From assembly GCA_002363545.1 (NCBI GenBank), contig DEWF01000001.1:106880-170879 (forward strand): a stretch of 64,000 bases of DNA. The letters run 5' to 3'. Of this stretch, positions 55,224 through 63,162 are shown piece by piece (the first letter of the stretch is position 1; each line of letters starts with the position of its first letter). The DNA comes from Christensenella sp. UBA3217. Its GTDB lineage: Bacteria; Bacillota; Clostridia; Christensenellales; CAG-1252. The notes beneath the pieces were generated by a model. That model had not been told where the DNA came from and did not search any database. It was given only the letters and a program-made list of their open reading frames with translations. The position numbers and the translations under genes were made by a program.

Positions 55224-55818
55224 ACACAAGATTGATATGTATCGTTATGAACCCGAATTGCAAGCGATCATTGCAAAACAGGGGAAAGAATGCAACGTGC
55301 TCTTTTACGGAAGCAGCACTTTCGGCATTTGGAAAAGCATAGAGGAAGAGTTTAAGGATTACAAGGCGATCAATGCCGGCTTTGGAGGCTCTACTTCGGA
55401 CGAAGCACTTTTCCACTATGAGAGAGTGGCAAAGCCCTTTGCTCCCAAGGTGGTTTTGTGGTATTACGGGGATAACGAGCCCGTTTGTTCCTATACGGTA
55501 GAAGAAACCAAGGAGCTCTTTCTTGCCACTTGGGAAAAGTTCGTAAAGGATTTTCCCGGCGTGAAGATCGTTACCATTGCTACAAAAACCAGTTTTGCGC
55601 GCGATGAATACAAGGATTTTGTGCGTGAGCTCAACGCTTGGCAAAAAGAGCAGGCGGCAAAGTTGCCTTATCTTACCTATATCGAAACGGCAGATATCTG
55701 TAAGGATGAGAAAGGGGAGTATATCTTCTCTCATTACTTGGATGATAAACTGCATTTCGGCCCCGAAGGCTACAAGATCCTCGGAGCAAGAGTGAAGAGA
55801 GTGCTTGACGAGATATGA
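55210..55818 (+). CDS. Cytoplasmic SGNH/GDSL esterase
   Basis: About 202 aa with no signal peptide. The SD AAGGAG (55200-55205) precedes ATG 55210; the track start is 55195. The SGNH blocks are LFYGSSTFGIW, GFGGSTS, YYGDNE and DDKLHFGPEGY. Confidence 0.7.
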   Translation: MTMIEHKIDMYRYEPELQAIIAKQGKECNVLFYGSSTFGIWKSIEEEFKDYKAINAGFGGSTSDEALFHYERVAKPFAPKVVLWYYGDNEPVCSYTVEETKELFLATWEKFVKDFPGVKIVTIATKTSFARDEYKDFVRELNAWQKEQAAKLPYLTYIETADICKDEKGEYIFSHYLDDKLHFGPEGYKILGARVKRVLDEI

Positions 55819-56297
55819 TGCTCGTAAAGGATGAAGACAGAGTAGCGGCAGAGAGAAAGAAAAAGCAGTTGCTTATTCTTTATATCGTGATCGCCTGCGT
55901 GTACGTGGCAGGCGCCTTACTGTTGCTTTTTCTGTCATCCGACAGCTATATCCCCTTCATGGTGGGTGATATTGTGCTCTCAATTGCCTTTGCATGGTAT
56001 TCGATCTTCTTCTTTACGGTACAGTTTGATTATCAGGTCAAATGGTGCCGTTTGATGAATAAAGTGACGGGCGCGCTTGTGGAAAGCGTATACGGCGTGT
56101 TCGTGAAGGAAGAGGCGCGTAAAACCATCGAAGGTGTGGAAATGCGCATATTGATCTTTCAGGTGAGAGATAGTGAGCGTGAGCTCCATCTTTTACGTGA
56201 GGATGCTACCTTTGAAAAAGGAAAAAAATATCTTCTCGTTACGCAAGCAAGCGTGATCGTGGAGATAGGAGAGCAAGATGAAAAAAAGGTTTCGTGA
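55815..56297 (+). CDS. Hypothetical membrane protein (2 TM segments plus a C-terminal soluble domain)
   Basis: 160 aa with an ATGATG overlap with the esterase stop. The TM segments are LLILYIVIACVYVAGALLLLFL and VGDIVLSIAFAWYSIFFFTV. No family was recognised. Confidence 0.5.
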   Translation: MMLVKDEDRVAAERKKKQLLILYIVIACVYVAGALLLLFLSSDSYIPFMVGDIVLSIAFAWYSIFFFTVQFDYQVKWCRLMNKVTGALVESVYGVFVKEEARKTIEGVEMRILIFQVRDSERELHLLREDATFEKGKKYLLVTQASVIVEIGEQDEKKVS

Positions 56298-56826
56298 TTC
56301 TTTGCCCTCCGAATGGCTGAAATACTTGGTGGTCACCATCCTATGTGTGGTGCTGTGGATGTGGTTTTTCGGAATGTATCATTCTCCGAAAGACACCGAG
56401 AAAATAGAAGTTTTTTTTGCAGGACACGTGAAGAGCGGCAACGCTTTTGAAAGCCTTGCGGAAAAGCAGTTTGATTACTTAAAATCCGTGAGCATTGCCT
56501 CGGCTGATCCTGCGAGAAAGAATGCTTTTCAGCAAAAGTATGAAACGGTGGGATTCACGATGTCCGACGTGGTGATCGTGCCGGAAAGCGTGGCGAATGC
56601 AACGCAATGCGAAACGGCGTTTGCCGAATTGACGGATATGGGAGAAGCCTATATCCAAAACGAGATCTCTTACGGTGTTTATATTCCGGAAGAGAAAAAA
56701 ACTTGGCTTGCGCAATACTTTGATTTTACAGAGGAGCGATACGTTGTATTTGCGGTGGCTTCCTCGGTAAATTCGGGTGGCAAAACAAACCATTCTTTTG
56801 ATTTTATTGAATGGATTGTGAGGTAA
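56278..56826 (+). CDS. Hypothetical membrane-anchored protein (N-terminal TM segment plus an extracytoplasmic domain of about 140 aa)
   Basis: 182 aa, overlapping the upstream ORF by 20 nt. The TM segment is LKYLVVTILCVVLWMWFFGMY. No family was recognised. Confidence 0.5.
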   Translation: MKKRFRDSLPSEWLKYLVVTILCVVLWMWFFGMYHSPKDTEKIEVFFAGHVKSGNAFESLAEKQFDYLKSVSIASADPARKNAFQQKYETVGFTMSDVVIVPESVANATQCETAFAELTDMGEAYIQNEISYGVYIPEEKKTWLAQYFDFTEERYVVFAVASSVNSGGKTNHSFDFIEWIVR

Positions 56827-56827
56827 T

Positions 56828-57682
56828 ATGTTTAGGTACAAAGGGTTGAAATTGAAGGAGGGGGACGCTGCCCTTCCCAAAACGAGAAAGGAATTATTTA
56901 AGACCATCGTCCGAGATGATTTCTACTTGCTTGCGGAGATCAGCGTGATACTTTTCCTCTTTTCCATTCCTTTGGCAGCGGGGTTCATCTTGGAAGTGTT
57001 AATGATCACACATTTGCCGGACCTACAAGGGTTGTTCTGGGTGTGTTTCTACTCCGCCTTGATAGAGATCCCGCTCTTCGGAGTGCGCTATATCGGTCGT
57101 CATGCGGCATTCGGTGTGATGAAGAAAAGGGTGCAAAACGAAGGGGGCTATATCAAAGAACTGTTTTTCCAAAACCTGAAAAAAGGGTTTGTTAAAGGGT
57201 TCTTGGCAGGGTGCCTAGTGGGGTTCATTGCTTTCCTATGGCAGGTCGGATCCATCTTTGTTTTAACGAATGACAGCACTTGGATCAAAGGGCTTGGCTT
57301 GGGTGCAACCACTTTGATCTTTACGATGTTTTACGTGGCGGTGGAGTACTTTCTCTCGGTGGATAATTTTTACGAGTTAAAGTTCTCGGGTGCATTGAAA
57401 AACGGGTTATCCTTTACGATCATGCACTTTCCCATGTCGCTCGTGTACTTCGTTGCCTGCGTGGGCGTACCTTTTGCGCTCACCGTGATTTCTCCTTGGG
57501 CCATCTTCGCGTTTGCCGCGGTAATGGCTTTTTGGGGAGATGGTTTTACGGTGCTGGTAGCAACGCTGTATAGTCACACGTTGTTTGATAGGTATATAAA
57601 CTCGGTGTATTATCCCGATTATATAAATAAGGGTCTTGCTCCGCGAGAGGGAGAGGCCGAAAAGGAGAATGACAATGGCTGA
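56828..57682 (+). CDS. Polytopic membrane protein, possibly YesL/DUF624-like
   Basis: 284 aa with about 6 TM segments. It starts 2 nt after the upstream stop and overlaps the ATPase gene by 8 nt. The DUF624 assignment rests on topology and context only. Confidence 0.45.
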   Translation: MFRYKGLKLKEGDAALPKTRKELFKTIVRDDFYLLAEISVILFLFSIPLAAGFILEVLMITHLPDLQGLFWVCFYSALIEIPLFGVRYIGRHAAFGVMKKRVQNEGGYIKELFFQNLKKGFVKGFLAGCLVGFIAFLWQVGSIFVLTNDSTWIKGLGLGATTLIFTMFYVAVEYFLSVDNFYELKFSGALKNGLSFTIMHFPMSLVYFVACVGVPFALTVISPWAIFAFAAVMAFWGDGFTVLVATLYSHTLFDRYINSVYYPDYINKGLAPREGEAEKENDNG

Positions 57683-60600
57683 TTTACTACTTGAGAATAT
57701 TTACAAGGTGTACGAGGGCGGCGTTCGCGCGGTTTCCGACTTTAATCTCAAGATCGAAGACAAGGAGTTCGTGGTTTTCGTCGGACCATCCGGTTGCGGT
57801 AAGAGTACCACTCTTCGTATGATCGCCGGTTTGGAAGAGATCACCTCGGGCAGTTTGTATATCGGTGGGTCCAAGATGAACAACGTGGAACCCAAGGATA
57901 GAAATATCGCAATGGTTTTCCAGAACTATGCATTGTATCCGCACATGACCGTTTATAAGAACATGGGATTCGGCTTGAAGCTTCGTAAAGTGAATTCCAA
58001 AGAGATCGATAAAAGGGTGAAGGCCGCGGCGTCTGTTTTAGGTATTACCGATCTTCTTTCCAGAAAGCCCAAGGCGCTTTCCGGTGGTCAAAGACAGCGC
58101 GTGGCGCTCGGCCGTGCGATCGTTCGTGAACCCAACGTGTTCCTTTTGGACGAGCCTCTTTCCAACTTGGACGCTAAACTGCGCGTGCAGATGAGAGCAG
58201 AGATCACTAAGTTGCATAAAAAACTAGCCACCACCTTTATTTATGTGACACACGATCAAACCGAAGCAATGACGATGGGTGATAGGATCGTGGTTATGAA
58301 GGATGGGTTCATTCAGCAAGTGGACTCTCCCGCAACCCTTTACGAACAACCGAGAAACGTGTTTGTGGCAACCTTCCTCGGCTCTCCTCAAATGAATATC
58401 TTTGACGCCAATCTTTTCAAAAACGGCGAGCTTGGTGTAACCTTTGGCGAGGATCATACCGTTACCTTTTCTCAAAAGAAAGCAAACCAACTTGCCGATG
58501 AAAGATATATCGGTCAAAAGGTGCTTTTCGGTATTCGTCCCGAAAATATCAAACTTGGCGGCAAAGAAGGCATTCGCGGCAGAGTGGACGTGGTGGAACA
58601 CCTTGGCAGTGAGACCATCATTTATGCTAACGTAAGCGGGGTGGAATCACCGATTATCGTAAAAGTGCCCACTAATTACGATATCGTGGAAGGGTTGGAG
58701 ATCAGCATGGTGTTTGATATGGAAAAATCCCATCTTTTCGATGCGGAAACCAAACAGTCCATCATGGGCGTACCTGACGTGAACCGCGTGCCGTGCTCTA
58801 TTGAGAATAACCAGCTTGTCATTAACAAAAGGCGTTATCTTTTGCCTGAATTATTAAAGAAGAAGTTCTTTGACTTCTCACGTGAAAGCCTTGCCGAGAT
58901 CCGTATTCCCGCCACGAAAGTGTCTTTGGAAGAAGTGCCGGAAGGGATCCATTTTAAGGCAAAGGTGGACTTTACGATCCCCGGAAACGACTCTGTCACT
59001 TTCTACGTTAAATCCGAAGTGAAAGAAGGATTTTTTGTGTTCCGTATCAATAACTCTTACTTTAATCAAACAGAAGATGGGGTTGATACCAGAAAAGTGC
59101 CGCAAGAAGGGGAAGAGATCGACTTGTACGTGCCTTTCTCCGAAATCTCCTTTACCGACAAGGACGGCCTGCGCGTGAATTCTCGCGAGATCATTTCTTC
59201 CAATACCGCTCCTTGCCGTGTCACTACGAAAAACGGCATTACTCGCATCCGTTTGAAGGGGAACACACTTACTTATAATGATCTTCAGGTGGAAGATGGC
59301 GATTATACGATCAAGCTGAAATCGGATAAAATCGGCTTTGTGTATGACAAAAAGTTTGCCAAAGCAAACAAAATTCCTCTTTCGGGCAAAGTGCCTAATT
59401 CCGTGGTCGCAAAGGCTTATGACGAAGATCGTTTGGGCGACAAAAATGCGGTTTTCTGTGCTGTGAAAGGGTTTGATAATTACGTGACAGCCGTGCTTCC
59501 CGCCACCTTCTCGGTGTACAAAATGCCAAAGTTCAAGTTTGTGATCGGAAGGGATAGTTTCACTTTGGAAAAGCGAGCAAATCAAGTGAATTCCGGAAGG
59601 AACGTAAACGAATTGTATTCTCTTTGGAGAGAAAAAGTGACCGATGAAACGTTGGCTGATGAATTAGACAGCATTGCAAACAATGAGGAAAAGATCTCCG
59701 ATGCGTTCTATCGTGATTTGGAATTCGGAACCGGTGGTTTGCGCGGTGTGCTTGGTGCCGGAACGAATAGAATGAATATTCACACGGTGGGAAAAGCAAC
59801 GCAAGGCCTTGCCGATTATGTGATAGCCAATTATCCGGAAGGGGAAAGAAGCGTTGCGATCAGCTATGATTCACGCATCAATTCCGACGTATTTGCCAAG
59901 AGGGCGGCAGCCATCTTTGCCGCAAACGGTATTAAAGTGTATCTTTATAAAACTTTGATGCCTACGCCTTGTTTGTCTTATGCGGTGCGTTCATTGAAAA
60001 CAAGCGCCGGTGTTATGGTGACGGCTTCTCACAATCCGGCAAAGTATAATGGTTACAAAGTGTACGGGAATGACGGTTGCCAAATTACCGAACAAGCGGC
60101 AAATGAGATCCTTTCGCTTATCGAGAGTACGGATATTTTTAACGGCGTAAAGATTAAGGACTTTGATAAGGCTTTGGCACAAGGGGAAATCGAATATATT
60201 TCCGACAACGTTTTGACTTCCTTTATCGAACGCGTAAAGAAGGAATCGGTGCTTGGGGATGAAAAAGCCGACCGTAGTGCCAACATCGTTTATACTCCTT
60301 TGAACGGAACGGGACTTGTGCCTGTCACTCGCATTTTGAAGGAAACGGGCTTTTCCAACGTGACGGTTGTAAAAGAACAAGAACTCCCGGACGGAAACTT
60401 CCCTACCTGTCCCTATCCCAATCCCGAGATCAAGGAAGCGCTTGCCCTTGGATTGGAATACGCTAAAAATACTTCCGCTGATATTTTGATCGCAACCGAT
60501 CCCGATTGCGATCGTGTGGGTATTGCGGTTAAAAACAAGGATGGTGATTTCTCCCTTTTGACCGGAAATGAAGTTGGATTCTTGCTTCTTGATTTTATTG

Positions 60601-61214
60601 CAAGCATGCGTATCAAGCACGGAACGATGCCCGCTGATCCCGTGTTTGTCAAAACCATCGTCACGAGTGATCTTGCCGAGAAGATCGCGGATCATTACGG
60701 TATTCGTACCATCAATGTGCTTACCGGCTTTAAGTATATCGGCGAGCAGATCGGTCTTTTGGAAAAGAAGGGGAAGGAAGATTGCTACCTGTTGGGCTTT
60801 GAAGAAAGCTACGGTTATCTGTCCGGCTCTTACGTGCGTGATAAGGACGCGGTAGACGGTGTGTTCATGATTGCCGAGATGTTTGCCTATTACAGAGCGC
60901 AAGGTATCTCCTTGCTTGATAAGCTGGATGAGATCTATGCAACTTACGGGCATTTTGTTTCCACCTTGGAGAGCTTTGCCTTTGAAGGTCAAGAAGGCTT
61001 TGTTAAGATGAGCAAGATCATGGATGAGTATCGTGAGACTATGGTGGTTGAAGGGAAAAAGGTCGTGGAGAAGAAAGACTATTCTATCGGCATTGACGGA
61101 CTTCCCAAATCAAACGTGATCAAATTTACCTTTGAAGACGGAAGTACGATGGTGGTGCGTCCTTCGGGTACCGAGCCTAAGCTGAAAATCTATCGTTGTA
61201 CCCTTCAAAAATAA
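57675..61214 (+). CDS. Fusion protein: MsmX/MalK-type ABC ATPase + ~270 unassigned residues + phosphohexomutase (PGM/PMM)
   Basis: The frame holds 1179 codons from ATG 57675 (SD AAAGGAG 57661-57667; the track start is 57636). ATPase motifs: GPSGCGKST, LSGGQRQRVALGRA, FLLDEPLS and VTHDQ, with the regulatory domain ending EKSHLFDAETKQSI. Mutase motifs: FGTGGLRG, TASHNPAKYNGYK, DPDCDRVG, GFEESYGY and RPSGTEP. Confidence 0.85.
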   Translation: MADLLLENIYKVYEGGVRAVSDFNLKIEDKEFVVFVGPSGCGKSTTLRMIAGLEEITSGSLYIGGSKMNNVEPKDRNIAMVFQNYALYPHMTVYKNMGFGLKLRKVNSKEIDKRVKAAASVLGITDLLSRKPKALSGGQRQRVALGRAIVREPNVFLLDEPLSNLDAKLRVQMRAEITKLHKKLATTFIYVTHDQTEAMTMGDRIVVMKDGFIQQVDSPATLYEQPRNVFVATFLGSPQMNIFDANLFKNGELGVTFGEDHTVTFSQKKANQLADERYIGQKVLFGIRPENIKLGGKEGIRGRVDVVEHLGSETIIYANVSGVESPIIVKVPTNYDIVEGLEISMVFDMEKSHLFDAETKQSIMGVPDVNRVPCSIENNQLVINKRRYLLPELLKKKFFDFSRESLAEIRIPATKVSLEEVPEGIHFKAKVDFTIPGNDSVTFYVKSEVKEGFFVFRINNSYFNQTEDGVDTRKVPQEGEEIDLYVPFSEISFTDKDGLRVNSREIISSNTAPCRVTTKNGITRIRLKGNTLTYNDLQVEDGDYTIKLKSDKIGFVYDKKFAKANKIPLSGKVPNSVVAKAYDEDRLGDKNAVFCAVKGFDNYVTAVLPATFSVYKMPKFKFVIGRDSFTLEKRANQVNSGRNVNELYSLWREKVTDETLADELDSIANNEEKISDAFYRDLEFGTGGLRGVLGAGTNRMNIHTVGKATQGLADYVIANYPEGERSVAISYDSRINSDVFAKRAAAIFAANGIKVYLYKTLMPTPCLSYAVRSLKTSAGVMVTASHNPAKYNGYKVYGNDGCQITEQAANEILSLIESTDIFNGVKIKDFDKALAQGEIEYISDNVLTSFIERVKKESVLGDEKADRSANIVYTPLNGTGLVPVTRILKETGFSNVTVVKEQELPDGNFPTCPYPNPEIKEALALGLEYAKNTSADILIATDPDCDRVGIAVKNKDGDFSLLTGNEVGFLLLDFIASMRIKHGTMPADPVFVKTIVTSDLAEKIADHYGIRTINVLTGFKYIGEQIGLLEKKGKEDCYLLGFEESYGYLSGSYVRDKDAVDGVFMIAEMFAYYRAQGISLLDKLDEIYATYGHFVSTLESFAFEGQEGFVKMSKIMDEYRETMVVEGKKVVEKKDYSIGIDGLPKSNVIKFTFEDGSTMVVRPSGTEPKLKIYRCTLQK

Positions 61215-61225
61215 AAAGCATTCAT

Positions 61226-61260
61226 AAAAAGGGCTTGCTTCGGCGAGCCTTTTTTGTTTT
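61226..61260 (+). terminator. Rho-independent terminator closing the glycan locus
   Basis: The stem ggcttgc (61232-61238) / gcgagcc (61243-61249) has loop ttcg, an A-run before it and a T6 run after it. Confidence 0.7.
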
Positions 61261-61368
61261 AGGTAAATATTTTCGTCAAAAATCAGCAATGCGGGTAAAA
61301 ACGCAAGACAGCGACGCTTTTTTGTATTATAATTATTTCGTAGAATAATTATCCGCAAGAGAGGAATT

Positions 61369-62115
61369 ATGTTAGAACTTAAAAACGTTTGTTTTTCCGT
61401 ACCGGGAGAGGATGGAAAGAAAAAAGAGATCATTCGGGATATCAGTTTGACTCTTGAAGATGGAAAACTTGCCGTCATTACCGGTCCGAACGGTGGGGGC
61501 AAGTCCACCCTTGCTCGTTTGATCATGGGAATTGAAAAGCCCACTTCCGGCAAGATCTTTTATAATGGGGAAGATATTACCGATCTTTCCGTTACCGATC
61601 GTGCAAAGAAAGGTGTTTCTTTTGCATTCCAACAGCCCGTAAAATTCAAAGGATTAAAGGTGTTGGATCTTCTTCGTATCGCAAGCGGAAAACGTCTTGC
61701 GGTGGGGGACGCTTGTCGTTATCTTTCGGCAGTGGGTCTTTGCGCAAGGGATTATATCGATCGTGAACTCAATGCAAGCTTGTCAGGCGGAGAGCTTAAA
61801 AGGATCGAGATCGCACAGATCCTTTCTCGTGCAACCAAACTTTCCATTTTTGATGAGCCGGAGGCCGGTATCGATCTTTGGAGTTTCAATAATCTTATTA
61901 AAGTGTTTGAGGATATGCGCAGAGATATTGAGGACGGATCCATTATCATCATCTCCCACCAAGAGCGTATATTAAACGTGGCGGATGAGATCATTGTGAT
62001 AAGTGGCGGTAAGGTGGAAAGAAAGGGCTCGAAAGAGGAAATTTTGCCTTCCTTGTTGGGGTCTGCTTCCGTTTTGAATTTCTGTACCGGTGCGTCCGGA
62101 AAGGAGGACGTATGA
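61369..62115 (+). CDS. sufC: SufC-like Fe-S cluster assembly ATPase
   Basis: 248 aa with Walker A GPNGGGKST, signature LSGGELKRIEIAQ and Walker B SIFDEPEAGID. It is followed by a SufB/D-domain gene. Confidence 0.8.
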   Translation: MLELKNVCFSVPGEDGKKKEIIRDISLTLEDGKLAVITGPNGGGKSTLARLIMGIEKPTSGKIFYNGEDITDLSVTDRAKKGVSFAFQQPVKFKGLKVLDLLRIASGKRLAVGDACRYLSAVGLCARDYIDRELNASLSGGELKRIEIAQILSRATKLSIFDEPEAGIDLWSFNNLIKVFEDMRRDIEDGSIIIISHQERILNVADEIIVISGGKVERKGSKEEILPSLLGSASVLNFCTGASGKEDV

Positions 62116-63035
62116 AGTTTGATGAGATCCAACTGAGGCTTCTTGAAGAAGTGGCTGACCTCCACGGGGTGCCCGAAGGCGCATATAATATTCGCTCGGA
62201 TTCCGAGGCGGTGGGCAGACGCTCCACCGAACATATCGTTATTACTTCCAAAAAGGACGTGAGCGGTATTGATATTGAGATCATGCCCGGCACCAAGAAT
62301 GAAAGCGTGCATATCCCCGTGGTAATGACCAAGAGCGGTTTGAAAGAAACCGTTTATAACGATTTTTACGTGGGGGAAGGCGCGGATGTTTTGATCGTTG
62401 CCGGATGTGGTATTGATAACTGCGGAACGGGAGATTCCGAGCATGACGGCGTGCATCGTTTTTTTTTGAAGAAGGGCGCCAAAGTGCGTTATGTGGAAAA
62501 GCATTACGGCTCCGGAACAGGAAAAGGTAAGCGTATTTTGAACCCCGTCACCGAAGCATATTTGGAAGAAGGTGCGGAAATGACCATGGAAATGGTACAG
62601 ATCAAAGGCGTGGATGATACCGAGCGTACCACCGTAGCTAAACTTGCCGCCGGTGCAAAACTCGTGGTGCGTGAAAGATTGATGACGCACGATGATCAAA
62701 GGGCTTTAAGCCGCTATGACGTGATCTTGGATGGTGAAGGCGCAAGCGCGGACGTTGTCTCCCGCTCTGTGGCAAGGGGCACTTCTTTCCAAAAATTTGA
62801 TGCAAAGATCACGGGTAACGCCCCCTCTTACGGACACACCGAATGTGACTCCATCATTATGGACCAAGGTAAGATCCTTGCCGTTCCCGGCTTGCAGGCA
62901 AACCATATAGACGCATCGCTTTTGCATGAGGCGGCAATCGGCAAGATCGCGGGAGATCAGTTAATAAAGCTCATGACCCTGGGGCTTACCGAACAAGAGG
63001 CGGAAGAACAGATCATTAACGGTTTCCTGCGTTAA
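62112..63035 (+). CDS. SufB/SufD-domain protein (short form)
   Basis: 307 aa with an ATGA overlap with sufC. The beta-helix-like segment is FYVGEGADVLIVAGCGIDN...HDGVHRFFLKKGAKVRYVEKHYG, and the C-terminus is HEAAIGKIAGDQLIKLMTLGLTEQEAEEQIINGFL. Confidence 0.75.
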   Translation: MKFDEIQLRLLEEVADLHGVPEGAYNIRSDSEAVGRRSTEHIVITSKKDVSGIDIEIMPGTKNESVHIPVVMTKSGLKETVYNDFYVGEGADVLIVAGCGIDNCGTGDSEHDGVHRFFLKKGAKVRYVEKHYGSGTGKGKRILNPVTEAYLEEGAEMTMEMVQIKGVDDTERTTVAKLAAGAKLVVRERLMTHDDQRALSRYDVILDGEGASADVVSRSVARGTSFQKFDAKITGNAPSYGHTECDSIIMDQGKILAVPGLQANHIDASLLHEAAIGKIAGDQLIKLMTLGLTEQEAEEQIINGFLR

Positions 63036-63111
63036 GCATTTCGTTTATAGGCGTTATAAAAACAAATAAGGGCAATGGGCGGGAAAGATAGCAAATCCTT
63101 ACGCGCTTACC

Positions 63112-63141
63112 TTGACGATAAACCCCATTCCTTTATATAAT
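63112..63141 (+). promoter_or_regulatory. Putative sigma-A promoter of the nfnA-like gene
   Basis: TTGACG (63112-63117), an 18-nt spacer, then TATAAT (63136-63141). Confidence 0.5.
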
Positions 63142-63162
63142 AAGTTCATTGAGGTGAAAACA

